A DNA stretch of 64,000 nt, from NCBI GenBank assembly GCA_041747735.1, contig JBGTEP010000106.1:2980-66979 (forward strand), given 5' to 3'. The stretch is from Chryseolinea sp. GTDB lineage: Bacteria; Bacteroidota; Bacteroidia; Cytophagales; Cyclobacteriaceae. Shown here piece after piece: positions 18,798-29,047 of this stretch (positions are counted from its first letter, which is position 1; the number at the start of each line of letters is the position of its first letter). A program made the translations under genes and the position numbers. The notes under the pieces are model-generated. The model saw only the letters and a program-made list of their open reading frames with translations, was not told the DNA's origin and made no database searches.

Positions 18798-20681
18798 ATG
18801 TTTCAAAAAAATAAGAGAATATTAGCTACCCTTTGTTGTCTCTGCCTAACGTGGGAGCTACCTGCGTTTAGCCAGTTCCAAAATCTCCCGATGAATCAAA
18901 TACCCCTCACCGATTTAAGCGCCTTTAAACCCGTTGATGGCAACTGGAAGCTGGTCGAGGATGTGTTTTTTGATCCTCTTAAAAACAAAAAACCGCAGAT
19001 CGACAAAGGCAGTGGCGTATTATTGAACATTCCTTCGGATAGTGAAAAAGATAATTTGTTTACGAACCTTGAACACGGCGATATAGAGCTGGAATTGGAT
19101 TACATGATCGCGAAAGGCTCCAATTCCGGGGTTTATCTACAGGGTCGCTACGAGGTGCAGATTTTTGATTCTTGGGTCAAAGCTAACCCAAATTTTTCGG
19201 ACGCAGGGGGTATCTACCAGCGTTGGAATACTAGCTTGGAAGCCGGAAAGAAAGGTTTTGAAGGACATTCACCTTTGGTAAGCGTAAGCAAAGCACCGGG
19301 CTTATGGCAGCACTATCGGATTATATTTCAGGCACCAAAGTTCAATGCGCAAGGCCAGAAAATTGCCAATGCCCGCTTTTTAAAAGTTTACCACAACGGA
19401 GTACTGGTGCATGATAACGTAGAATTATCCGGTCCCACGCAGTCAGCGGCGTTTGAAGATGAAAAACCGCTAGGGCCACTCATGATTCAGGGCGACCACG
19501 GACCGGTGGCTATCCGGAATATCAAATACAAAATTTTCTCGGACGATGAAGTGAAAGTGAGCAATATACGCTATGCCACCTACGATGGCGCCTTTCAGCA
19601 AATACCTGATTTTACGAAGCTAACTCTACAAAAGGAAGGGGAGAGCGAATACATTCAGCCGGGGATGGGTGCCAATACCAATAATTTCGCAGGACAAATT
19701 ACCGGTACGATAGAGATTCCAAAACGCGGGCAATACCTTCTTGAAATGCAGTATTCGGCTATTGTATCCGATCCGCATTTCGCGAATAACCCCAGTGGTG
19801 GCGGGGATCTAGAAATTGCCGGAAAAAAAATACTGGAGTTAGATCAGCGCGGGAAAGAAACTACAGCTCAGGTCGACTTGCCGGCTGGCTCTCATCCATT
19901 TACAATTCAGTACTACAGCCGTATCCCCAGTGAAAATAAGAGTATCCGATTGTATATAGAAGGAACAGGCACAAGGCGGCAGGCCGTAGGCAGTCCACCG
20001 GTTATTCCGGATCCGGACCCGGCAGGTGTAATAACCTTGGTTGCCAAAAATGAACCGATTGTGCAACGCAGCTTTGTGCAACACAACGAGGAAAAGAAAA
20101 CACATGCAGTTTCGGTAGGAGAGCCAGGCGGAGCAAACTATTCCCTTGATTTAAAAAATGGGGCCTTGTTACAAATTTGGCGCGGGCCTTTTCTTGAAAC
20201 GACACCGATGTGGCACCAGCGTGGCGATGATCAAATAGGCAAACCCCTGGGCAGCATCATCACGCTTTCGGGAGCCCCCTCGCTGGCAGCGCTACCAGAT
20301 AAAAATACTGAATGGCCCGACTCGATGACTACGGCTGCCAATTATAAATTCTTGGGGTATACCCTTGATAAAACCGGCAGACCTACTTTTAGATATACGT
20401 TGGGCAACGCACAGGTGCGAGAACAATTTGTACCGGAAAACGACATGCGGCAACTTAAGCGGCATTTTTCTTTCCAGGGCAGTACCCACAACATGTATTG
20501 TCGGGTAGCTACCGGCAAAATTAAAGAACTAGCAAACGGTCTTTACAGCATTAACGACAAGGAATATTTTATCAGCCTGTATGACACCAAAGTGCAACCA
20601 CTGGTGCGAAACATGGGCAGTGAACAGGAATTGTTACTGCCGGCGGAGAATAATCAAATCAGTTATACTATCATTTGGTAA
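18798..20681 (+). CDS. Secreted DUF1080 (3-keto-disaccharide hydrolase-like) + PA14-like protein
   Basis: Signal peptide; NSGVYLQGRYEVQI, GQW-like GLWQHYRI, NGVLVHDN, QGDHGPVAIRNI. Confidence 0.8.
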   Translation: MFQKNKRILATLCCLCLTWELPAFSQFQNLPMNQIPLTDLSAFKPVDGNWKLVEDVFFDPLKNKKPQIDKGSGVLLNIPSDSEKDNLFTNLEHGDIELELDYMIAKGSNSGVYLQGRYEVQIFDSWVKANPNFSDAGGIYQRWNTSLEAGKKGFEGHSPLVSVSKAPGLWQHYRIIFQAPKFNAQGQKIANARFLKVYHNGVLVHDNVELSGPTQSAAFEDEKPLGPLMIQGDHGPVAIRNIKYKIFSDDEVKVSNIRYATYDGAFQQIPDFTKLTLQKEGESEYIQPGMGANTNNFAGQITGTIEIPKRGQYLLEMQYSAIVSDPHFANNPSGGGDLEIAGKKILELDQRGKETTAQVDLPAGSHPFTIQYYSRIPSENKSIRLYIEGTGTRRQAVGSPPVIPDPDPAGVITLVAKNEPIVQRSFVQHNEEKKTHAVSVGEPGGANYSLDLKNGALLQIWRGPFLETTPMWHQRGDDQIGKPLGSIITLSGAPSLAALPDKNTEWPDSMTTAANYKFLGYTLDKTGRPTFRYTLGNAQVREQFVPENDMRQLKRHFSFQGSTHNMYCRVATGKIKELANGLYSINDKEYFISLYDTKVQPLVRNMGSEQELLLPAENNQISYTIIW

Positions 20682-20691
20682 GGCTCACAAA

Positions 20692-22809
20692 ATGAAAGCG
20701 AAATTTTTATCGATTGAGGCACATATTTCCGATTTGAGATTCCTGTTGCTGGGCTTAGCTTTTCTAAGCTACGTCGCCCACGCGCAAACCTCGCCCACCA
20801 GTAGCAAGCACCATGCCCCAACTCTTCGGGGCCCGGTTGCTCTTTCAGCTGTGCCCGCAAGCGAAGATGATTATTACAAAATTATAACCCTGCCGATTCC
20901 AGAAGGCGTGGTATTGGAAGTGGGTGGTTTGGCGTCCATGCCCGATGGCCGTTTGGCAGTCTCTACCAGACGCGGCGACGTATGGATGATTGGCAACCCT
21001 TATTTAGCTGGCAATGCCGGACCCTCTTACAGACGCTTTGCCTCAGGGTTACACGAACCGTTGGGTCTAGCCTATAATGATGGCGATCTCTATTTATCAC
21101 AGCGCAGCGAAGTAACTCGTTTGCGCGACCGGGATGGTGATAGCCGGGCTGATGATTATGATAATGTATATTCTTGGCCCCTCTCGGGCAACTACCACGA
21201 ATATTCATACGGACCGTTGTTTACCTCCGATGGCGGAATGTTAATAACTCTAAATTTAGCTTGGGTAGGCAAAGGAGCCAGTTTTGCTCCGTGGCGGGGC
21301 TGGATGATTAAAATTATGCCGGATGGCAAAATGCATCCGATTGCTTCTGGCATGCGCTCCCCGGCGGGTTTCGGCATGAACGCTCAGGGCGATGTGTTTT
21401 ACGCCGAAAACCAAGGCGATTGGGTGGGCTCGGGACGGATCACCCACGTAGTGCCGGGAGATTTTGTCGGTAACCCGGAAGGTTTGCGCTGGAGCGGCGA
21501 ACCCAATTCGCCTGTTAAGCTGAAGAAAACCGATATACCCAGTACTGATAATCCGATGTTTGAAGTCGCTAAAAAGATACCCGGTTTAAAACCTCCGGCT
21601 GTCTGGTTTCCGCACGGTCTACTTGGTACTTCTACTTCTGATATTATTACTGACACGACGAAAGGTTCTTTCGGACCATTTGAAGAGCAATTATTTGTTG
21701 GCGATCAGGGTCAAAGCAAGATTACACGGGTGGCATTAGAGAAAATAAACGGTGTGTATCAAGGTGCTGTGTTCCCTTTCCGGGAAGGTTTTATGTCGGG
21801 TATTTTGCGCATGGTGTGGGGCAACGATGGTTCCATGTTTGTTGGTATGACGAGTCGCGGATGGACGTCTACTGGTAAAGAACCGTTTGGTCTGCAGCGC
21901 CTGGTTTGGACCGGTAAAATGCCCTTTGAGATGAAGACGATTCGAGCCCAGCCCGATGGTTTTGAAATTGAATTCACCCGGTCTGTTGATAAAGCTGCGG
22001 CGAGTGACATGGAATCGTATAAAATTACCGGCTTCAATTACAAATACCATCTAGCCTATGGCAGCCCGGTCATCAACCAGGAGCCTTGCCCAATTACGGG
22101 GATAGTTGTCTCGGATGATGGGTTAAAAGTGCGGTTGGTAGTGGATAATCTACGCGAAGGATATATTCACGAGTTGAAGGCCGAAGGTGTTTATTCAACG
22201 GCAAATAATTCACTGTTGCACCCGGTCGGCTACTATACGCTAAACAGTATCCCGATCGGTGAAAAGTTGAATTTGCCTAAAACGGTCATTCCAAAACAAT
22301 CCGACAGTTCGCATACTGCTATAGGGCATAACATTCCGGGACCCAAAAAGCCAGCCCGTAAAAATTTAGTTGTTAAGGGTACCCCAACTGGAAGTATTGC
22401 CAAGCATGTAACTACTCGTCCGGCAAATTGGAGCGACGAGGTCGTAACGATTAATATGGGCACTAAACCCGGCTTAAAGTTCAATCCGGAGCAGTTTCAG
22501 GTAAAAGCCGGCAGCAGGATAAAGGTAGTATTCCATAACAACGATGATATGCTACATAATTTTGTTGTGGTACTACCTGGTACCGCTATTGATGTGGGCG
22601 AGCAAGCCATTAAATTAGGCCTCGATGGTTTAGAATTAAATTATATACCCAACACTGAAAAGGTGCTGCACTACACAACATTGTTGCAGCCGGAGTTGAC
22701 TCAAACAATCTACTTTACGGCTCCGGACAAACCCGGCGATTACACATACGTGTGTACAGTGCCCGGCCATTTTTATGTGATGCAAGGTATTATGAAAGTG
22801 GTGAAGTAA
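20692..22809 (+). CDS. Secreted beta-propeller (sugar/sorbosone dehydrogenase-like) protein with C-terminal auracyanin/azurin-like blue-copper domain
   Basis: Start moved to ATG 20692 (signal peptide; removes the overlap). GLHEPLGL, GMRSPAG, NQGDW; type-1 Cu ligands MLHN...CTVPGHFYVM. Confidence 0.8.
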   Translation: MKAKFLSIEAHISDLRFLLLGLAFLSYVAHAQTSPTSSKHHAPTLRGPVALSAVPASEDDYYKIITLPIPEGVVLEVGGLASMPDGRLAVSTRRGDVWMIGNPYLAGNAGPSYRRFASGLHEPLGLAYNDGDLYLSQRSEVTRLRDRDGDSRADDYDNVYSWPLSGNYHEYSYGPLFTSDGGMLITLNLAWVGKGASFAPWRGWMIKIMPDGKMHPIASGMRSPAGFGMNAQGDVFYAENQGDWVGSGRITHVVPGDFVGNPEGLRWSGEPNSPVKLKKTDIPSTDNPMFEVAKKIPGLKPPAVWFPHGLLGTSTSDIITDTTKGSFGPFEEQLFVGDQGQSKITRVALEKINGVYQGAVFPFREGFMSGILRMVWGNDGSMFVGMTSRGWTSTGKEPFGLQRLVWTGKMPFEMKTIRAQPDGFEIEFTRSVDKAAASDMESYKITGFNYKYHLAYGSPVINQEPCPITGIVVSDDGLKVRLVVDNLREGYIHELKAEGVYSTANNSLLHPVGYYTLNSIPIGEKLNLPKTVIPKQSDSSHTAIGHNIPGPKKPARKNLVVKGTPTGSIAKHVTTRPANWSDEVVTINMGTKPGLKFNPEQFQVKAGSRIKVVFHNNDDMLHNFVVVLPGTAIDVGEQAIKLGLDGLELNYIPNTEKVLHYTTLLQPELTQTIYFTAPDKPGDYTYVCTVPGHFYVMQGIMKVVK

Positions 22810-22974
22810 TTGAAAGGATCCGTTAGCGGCCCCGGTTTAACGATAAGAATGTGGGGGTGAAGTGATTTCGTTTTCTATAATTAATAAGATTCGATGATTC
22901 GTAGATTTATTGTATTGGTGACTTTCTGTATCCCATGCGCCGAACGGTAAAGTGTCTATCGTGTTTGTTGTCCA

Positions 22975-23070
22975 ATGGGAGATTCTTTCTACTTGTGCAA
23001 TGAATTCGGTGAAGTATGGATATCTGATGATAAGCAAGCTTGCGCTCTCATTCTATTTCCCGATACAAAA
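22975..23070 (+). pseudogene. Fragment resembling a Bacteroidetes GNAT acetyltransferase, ending at the att-like repeat
   Basis: Reads MGDSFYLCNEFGEVWISDDKQACALILFPDTK. Recalled family pattern is MDYSFxxCxxFGxVxLSxDxxACALxLxPDKK. Similarity stops after 23070. Confidence 0.45.
23053..23070 (+). repeat. Left 18-bp direct repeat (att core) CTATTTCCCGATACAAAA
   Basis: 18/18 identical to 30941-30958, the last 18 nt of mnmE; flanking bases differ on both sides. Confidence 0.9.
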
Positions 23071-23109
23071 TGTGTTCAATACAGAATGTCAATACGTTAG
23101 GTGGGTCGC

Positions 23110-23129
23110 GCAACGAACTAGCAACAAAA
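23110..23129 (+). repeat. Left arm-type-like site GCAACGAACTAGCAACAAAA
   Basis: 19/20 match to 30806-30825, same orientation, 40 bp inside the left core. Confidence 0.75.
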
Positions 23130-23361
23130 AATACCTAAGCATCGGTAACAAACCCTAACTATGCCGAAAGATGTTTTTAGGTGTTCATTGCTTTGACAAA
23201 GGTAGATAATGTCGAGTAGATCATCAAGAAATAGAAACAAGATCAACATTGAAACAACGTGATCGTGCTATTGCTAATTGCAGTTTCGTATCGGTCCAGT
23301 ACTCGCAAGAGGATGTCTTTTGCGAGCTGCAATGCGTTGAACTTCTGTATTAAGCAGCTTC

Positions 23362-24258
23362 TCAATTCATTTGCTTCTTTAGAAACGCCATGACTTTAGT
23401 CCTCACCTCATCCGCATCGAACATCTCACCGAAGTGAGGCGCATCTTTAACAAGAACAAGTTCACTTTTCACTCCGACAACATTCAACCATGAATTCAGT
23501 AGCTGCGAATGTTTGTTTGAAACGATATCGTCTTTTTCGCCATGAATAATCAGGAATGGCGGATCATTTTTGTCGACATACGTAACGGGACTCGCTGCCT
23601 TTGCAAGATCAGGACGAGAAAGGGGAGTGGCACCGATCAAAAGACTTTCGGGAGATTTTGGATCATTGGCTCCAGGGAATAATACTAGTTCTGCGGGACC
23701 ATAGAAATCAATTACAGCTTTGAACGCGAACGATTTATTTGTCCCCGTCATGAAAAAGTTCTCTACGTTATTATTTTTTGACAAACCCGTCAATGATGCT
23801 AGGTGCCCGCCAGCCGAAAAGCCCATGACGGCAATTCGTTTTTTGTCGAGCCCGTATTTATCTGCATTGTCAACCAGAAAAGAAATTGCGCGATTGCAGT
23901 CTTGTATCTGTGCAGGAAAAGTTGCTTGCGTTGCAAACCGGTAATCGATAGAGGCGAGTGCAAAACCACTGCTTACTATTTCCGCCACTGTTTTTCTCAT
24001 GTAACCAATATCAGCATACTTATCATTGCCTAACCAGCCACCTCCATGTATGAAGATGACCAGTGGTACTTTACCCTTTGCGTTTGGTGGAAGGTAAATG
24101 TCAAGCAAGTGTTTAGTTAGTGTATCATTGTTGTACCCTATGTTTCCATGTAAAGTGGTGCCCTTGGGAAATATATCCATGACAGGGTTGGTTTGAGAAA
24201 ACCCAAACGTGGAGATCAATATCAGGGAGAGAAGAATGAGGATAATTTGATGTTGCAT
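23362..24258 (-). CDS. Secreted alpha/beta hydrolase (esterase/lipase, BD-FAE-like)
   Basis: HGGGW, GFSAGG nucleophile, HGEKDDIV, APH. Confidence 0.9.
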   Translation of the reverse strand: MQHQIILILLSLILISTFGFSQTNPVMDIFPKGTTLHGNIGYNNDTLTKHLLDIYLPPNAKGKVPLVIFIHGGGWLGNDKYADIGYMRKTVAEIVSSGFALASIDYRFATQATFPAQIQDCNRAISFLVDNADKYGLDKKRIAVMGFSAGGHLASLTGLSKNNNVENFFMTGTNKSFAFKAVIDFYGPAELVLFPGANDPKSPESLLIGATPLSRPDLAKAASPVTYVDKNDPPFLIIHGEKDDIVSNKHSQLLNSWLNVVGVKSELVLVKDAPHFGEMFDADEVRTKVMAFLKKQMN

Positions 24259-24305
24259 ATTTGTTAAGATGTTGAAGTAGGTTAAATAATATATGGTTAA
24301 GGAGT

Positions 24306-24713
24306 TTACCTGGCTATATTGACTTGATATTGCTCATCACTTACTTTCTCCATCCAATCCACAACTTTCCCATTCAGCTCTTCTTGCGTAGCGATATGCG
24401 TCATTGCCATTGTTGGCGATGCTCCATGCCAATGCTTTTCACCTGGAGCAATCCAGACAATATCACCTGGCCTGATTTCTTCTATGGCGCCACCTTCAGT
24501 TTGCGCTAATCCTACCCCTGACAATACAATCAGGGTTTGGCCCAAAGGATGCGTGTGCCACGCGGTTCTTGCTCCAGCTTCAAAAGTTACTTCGGCTGCA
24601 CCAGCGCGCCTGTGTCCGTTTGGTTGAAATAAGTAGTTAATGCGAACGGAACCAGTAAACCAATCGTCCGGACCCTTGACTGATGGTTGAGAACCTAATT
24701 TGATAATTTCCAT
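24306..24713 (-). CDS. Cupin domain protein
   Basis: [14 protein letters not shown]...EKHWHGA. Confidence 0.9.
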   Translation of the reverse strand: MEIIKLGSQPSVKGPDDWFTGSVRINYLFQPNGHRRAGAAEVTFEAGARTAWHTHPLGQTLIVLSGVGLAQTEGGAIEEIRPGDIVWIAPGEKHWHGASPTMAMTHIATQEELNGKVVDWMEKVSDEQYQVNIAR

Positions 24714-24719
24714 TTCGTT

Positions 24720-25217
24720 CTAGTTGTTGGATTTATACTGCTCGTCTGTAACAGGCTCCAACCAGGTTACAATTCCATTTTCTGTCTTTGGCAATATATA
24801 CAATTGAGTTAGACTACTGTTTTCAGTTGCTCCGTGCCAGTGCCTTGTATTTGCCGGACATTTGATGACGTCACCCTTTTTCATCGTTTGCCTTGGCTGT
24901 CCCTCCAGTTGATGATATCCTTCACCATCTAATACAATCAGAATTTGCCCACTCGGGTGGACGTGCCAGTTTGATCGCGCGCTTTTTTCAAAATACACGT
25001 TGCCAACTAGTGTATTATAAATGGAGTCGTTTGGTACAAGACCAAAGTTGTAGGCGTTACCTGTGAAGTTTGTTGTAGGCCCAGGTTCGCCCTTCGGAAA
25101 AATTGTTTCATCAGAAGTACCCGATTCTGATTGTTGACTTTTGCCTTTATCATTGCAGCTAATCAGCGTGACCAGCAATAACAAGACAGTGATGGAATTA
25201 AAATGCGTGTGTTTCAT
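24720..25217 (-). CDS. Cupin domain lipoprotein
   Basis: Lipobox LISC; ARSNWHVHPSGQIL...HWHGA. Confidence 0.85.
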   Translation of the reverse strand: MKHTHFNSITVLLLLVTLISCNDKGKSQQSESGTSDETIFPKGEPGPTTNFTGNAYNFGLVPNDSIYNTLVGNVYFEKSARSNWHVHPSGQILIVLDGEGYHQLEGQPRQTMKKGDVIKCPANTRHWHGATENSSLTQLYILPKTENGIVTWLEPVTDEQYKSNN

Positions 25218-25232
25218 TGTTGAGTTTTAAGT

Positions 25233-25733
25233 TTATTTTTTTCTGAGCAACTCAAACGTCATCGTCACGTTACCAGAACCTACTGCCTGTGAAAGGCCGC
25301 TCGGGTTTTCTATTTTGCCGAGCCTTGCGTAACTATACGATGTGTTAAAAGTCTTATAAAACAATACCAGCGTGTTCGAACCCCAGAGCATCAAATCTCC
25401 TGAGTTGATGATTCGAGGGCTAGAGGCATTAGCCGGTAGGCTATTGGAAAAATCGAAAAATTTCTCATCGCTGTTGAGATCCTTCATGTTGACTGTTAGC
25501 GGTAGCATTTTTTTAAATTCTGTTGCTGCAGCGTTTGATTCAAGTATTGCAGTAAAATGAGCGTTGCCAATGATTATCTCAATTGTATCCTTCATAAGTT
25601 CTGAAGTTTTGGGTGCAGAATCTGGAACATTTTTTTCAAGCAACGCGGCTTCTTCGGTCGTGCACGTGGCCGAAACTATCAAAGGCAAGATGAATATAAT
25701 GATACTTGCGGATAACTTCATGATCTTGATCAT
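25233..25733 (-). CDS. Cyclophilin-like fold protein with export signal
   Basis: NAAATEFKKMLPLTVNMKDLN..EK, GDLMLWGSNTLVLFY. Confidence 0.85.
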   Translation of the reverse strand: MIKIMKLSASIIIFILPLIVSATCTTEEAALLEKNVPDSAPKTSELMKDTIEIIIGNAHFTAILESNAAATEFKKMLPLTVNMKDLNSDEKFFDFSNSLPANASSPRIINSGDLMLWGSNTLVLFYKTFNTSYSYARLGKIENPSGLSQAVGSGNVTMTFELLRKK

Positions 25734-25794
25734 TTCAATCTTTCGTTAATGTTGAATCCTGTTACGACATCGTCTGAGTTGTGCTTTGCTTATT

Positions 25795-26547
25795 TTATAG
25801 TTCCTGGGATGTAGGACGGAAGATAATTTCATTGACATCGACATCTTCCGGTTGACTGATGGCGAACGCGACCACACGTGCGAAACTATCTGGACTGATT
25901 CCGACAGCTCCCACGTAGTCTTTGTTAGCTTGCTGGATGTCTGCCTCAGTAATATGTTCCAGCAATTCGGTCTTAACTGCTCCGGGACAAACTATAGTGG
26001 TACGAATATTATAAGGCTTCACTTCCATCCGTAAGCCTTCAGTCAATGCCCGCACTGCAAATTTGGTAGCTGAATAAACTGCAGAGCCATTAAATATTTT
26101 GTGACCTGCTACTGAGGATGTGTTGATAATCTGACCTGATTTCTGCTCTTTCATGTAAGGCAGAGCTGCGGCAATTCCATTGAGCACTCCTTTGATATTA
26201 ACATCGATCATTGTATCCCACTCATCAACATTCAGCCTGTCCATTGGTGACAATGGCATGATGCCCGCGTTATTAATAATCACGTCAACGCGCCCAAATT
26301 GTTTAACAGCTGAGTCGACAAGATTCTTTACCTGATCCCGCTGCGTTACATCCGCAGCGATGGCAAGCGCTTTTCCACCTTTGTCACGAATCTCCTTGGC
26401 GAGCTTTTCAATTCTGTCAGCTCTTCTTGCGCCCAGTACTACTGTTGCACCAAGCTGTGACAGATGTTTTGCAGCAGCTTCGCCCATACCACTACTTGCG
26501 CCTGTAATTACAATTACTTTACCTTTTATATTATTTCCCATTTCCAT
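25795..26547 (-). CDS. SDR-family oxidoreductase
   Basis: [17 protein letters not shown]. Confidence 0.95.
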   Translation of the reverse strand: MEMGNNIKGKVIVITGASSGMGEAAAKHLSQLGATVVLGARRADRIEKLAKEIRDKGGKALAIAADVTQRDQVKNLVDSAVKQFGRVDVIINNAGIMPLSPMDRLNVDEWDTMIDVNIKGVLNGIAAALPYMKEQKSGQIINTSSVAGHKIFNGSAVYSATKFAVRALTEGLRMEVKPYNIRTTIVCPGAVKTELLEHITEADIQQANKDYVGAVGISPDSFARVVAFAISQPEDVDVNEIIFRPTSQEL

Positions 26548-26598
26548 ATCTATTTTTACTAGTATTATTTATTTGCTACTCAAAAACACTCGAACGGA

Positions 26599-27708
26599 CT
26601 ATCGACGTTCTTCCACTACCACAGTCTTTTTTGCCGACACATCATTTAAGTTAGCCTTGAAGAATTCCTCGAGCTTTTGGAAAGGGATGATCTCTACTTT
26701 GTCATACAGATCAACATGAACTGCTTTAGGAATGATAACCAACTCTTTTGGTTCCGCTGCTGCCTTGTATGCGTCTTCGCTGAAGTAACGTGAATGAGCA
26801 TTTTCGCCAGCGATGATCAAGACGGGACGCGGAGAGATTTCTTTGATGTACGTGAGGAGCGGCATATTCATGAATGACCACGGATTGGTTGCAGTCCAGG
26901 AACTATTTGAATTGATAGAACGGGGATGAAACCCACGCGGTGTTTTGTAATAGTTAAAGTAGTCGACTACAAATTGCGGCTCATTACCAGTTAGCTTCTC
27001 GGGTAGATTGCTGGAGCTGGCGGCATACGATTCATTCTCGGCATCTTTCCAACGTTGCTCTCCAAGCTGCTCAAGGGTTTGGGTACGTTGCTCTGGTGTA
27101 AGCGCATCGTAGTATCCATTCGCCATTACGCGACTCATATTGTACATGCTGGTGACCGCCACTGCTTTTACCCGTTTGTCTACTGCAGCAGCATTCAATC
27201 CCATCCCGGCAAATCCACAAATACCGATAATACCGATCCGGCTTCTATCAATGTTCTTTTGCAGTCCAAGAAAGTCAACTGCTGCACTGAAATCTTCCGT
27301 ATTGATATCAGGTGATGCGACATTTCGTGGTTCGCCACCGCTTTCGCCTGTGTACGAAGGATCAAACGCAAGTGCGGCAAAACCTCGCTCGGCCATATTT
27401 TGCGCATAGAGTCCTGAAGATTGCTCCTTAACTGCGCCAAACGGCCCACTAATGGCAAGAGCTGCCAAAGATTTTCCTCCGGCATTTTTAGGAAGATATA
27501 AATCTCCGGCCAAAGAAATTCCATAACGGTTTTTAAAAGTTACTTTTTGGCGAGTGACCTTGTCGCTTAGTTTGAAAGTATACCGTTCTCCTTGATTTTC
27601 CTTATTCATAGTTTCCTTCTTTTGGTTTGAAACTGCGCTCTGATTTTGTGAATGGGCTTGTCCTATAATAAGTAGTGACAAAGCCGCTAAAATGGCTGTT
27701 GCTTTCAT
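26599..27708 (-). CDS. Secreted alpha/beta hydrolase (YcjY/dienelactone-hydrolase-like, Cys nucleophile)
   Basis: GPFGAVKEQ, FDPSYTGESGG, GICGFAG, HVDLYD. Confidence 0.9.
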   Translation of the reverse strand: MKATAILAALSLLIIGQAHSQNQSAVSNQKKETMNKENQGERYTFKLSDKVTRQKVTFKNRYGISLAGDLYLPKNAGGKSLAALAISGPFGAVKEQSSGLYAQNMAERGFAALAFDPSYTGESGGEPRNVASPDINTEDFSAAVDFLGLQKNIDRSRIGIIGICGFAGMGLNAAAVDKRVKAVAVTSMYNMSRVMANGYYDALTPEQRTQTLEQLGEQRWKDAENESYAASSSNLPEKLTGNEPQFVVDYFNYYKTPRGFHPRSINSNSSWTATNPWSFMNMPLLTYIKEISPRPVLIIAGENAHSRYFSEDAYKAAAEPKELVIIPKAVHVDLYDKVEIIPFQKLEEFFKANLNDVSAKKTVVVEERR

Positions 27709-27734
27709 GTTCTTTTTGATTTGATTTACTTATA

Positions 27735-27801
27735 CAAAGTTGGCGTGGTTGGGGCGCTTTTGGTTAAAGAAAATCAAACCAATCATTAAGATTTTCAAAC
27801 C
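27735..27801 (-). promoter_or_regulatory. Putative -7 element (CAACTTTG on minus strand) with a TCAAACC direct repeat at 21-bp spacing
   Basis: TCAAACC at 27774-27780 and 27795-27801; lies between the operon and the divergent AraC gene. Confidence 0.4.
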
Positions 27802-28150
27802 TATTTAGCCATCAGCTTATTAATATTGTGTGATAATGAGCAAAAAAAGCCGGTTTTATGGATTACAGAGTATTGTCGCAATACTCTCGCTTGCATTTTT
27901 CCGCATGATGACGGACCATCACAAGACTGAAAACATAGGTCACGCGAATTTCATTAGTTTGATAATCTTAATATAAAGATTGAATTTCTTACCTTCCGAT
28001 TGTGTTAAAATCAAGAGATTTGTGCTCTACAATTAAAGTAACGTGCAAATGATTTTTAGAGCGATAAAAAAGGCATTTGAATGGATCTGCAAGCAGGAGT
28101 CGTTTCCAGATTTTCAGAAATGAAATTGATACTCAATTAAAGGCATTGTT

Positions 28151-29028
28151 ATGGAGAAAGGTAATGAACGATCAGTCTCGACTTTTAACAGCGAGCTTAA
28201 GCTTAAAGGCTTTAACGCCTTCCAGATTGAAGACGACTCGAATGGTGTCAGAGAGTATAGTCGAAAAGATTTTATAAGATCTGCCTAACGACTGGAGAAA
28301 GTATTATTAACTACGCTGATCGGAGCTACGCAATGAAGGGCACGATCCTGTTCTTTGCTAATCCCAATGTTCCCTATTCATGGGAGACAATTTCTAGGAG
28401 TTACGTGGGTTATACGTGTTTGTTTTCTGAAGATTTTTATAAACCTTCAGACCGTACTGAAAGTTTGCAGCATTCATCACTCTTCAAAATTGGAGGAACA
28501 CCAATCTTCCAGATTTCTGAGGCGAAGCTTGAATTTTTGAATGGAATCTTTCGAAACATGATCACAGAACAAAGTACCAGCTATGCGTTCAAAGATGATC
28601 TGATTCGAAACTATGTGAATCTGATAATACATGAAGCTTTGAAACTTCAGCCAGCTCAGGATTTTGACCAGGTCAGGAATGCCTCACATAGGATCACAAA
28701 TGTTTTCCTTGAGCTACTGGAAAGACAATTCCCGATCGAGGGTAAAGATCGTCCACTTCTACTACGCACTGCGCAGGACTATGCCAGTAATTTGAATTTG
28801 CATGTCAACTACCTGAACAGAGCCGTTAAGGAAACAACAGGGAAATCGACAACAACGCATATCAGTGAGCGTATTGCAAGTGAAGCCAAAGCATTGCTTC
28901 TGCATACGGATTGGAATGTAGCGGACATTGCTTATGCGCTTGGGTTCGAGTATCCGACATATTTCAATAACTTTTTCAAACGAATTACAGGAACAAATCC
29001 AATGTCACTAAGGCCTGCTGAGGTATAG
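28151..29028 (+). pseudogene. AraC-family regulator with a 1-nt deletion frameshift at T4 28270-28273
   Basis: Frame from ATG 28151 reads ...YSRKDF then stops; the shifted frame reads YKICLTTGESIINYADRSYA into ORF 28333..29028. One extra T restores SRKDFYKICL and a 292-aa protein. Confidence 0.85.
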
Positions 29029-29047
29029 GAGATCAACTCGAGTAACC

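Noticed and set aside
20581-20691. Longer start for the blue-copper protein
   Set aside because: Overlaps the upstream gene by 101 nt; ATG 20692 gives a proper signal peptide.
23302-23326. Hairpin CTCGCAAGAG/CTTTTGCGAG
   Set aside because: Good stem but no U-tract on the relevant strand.
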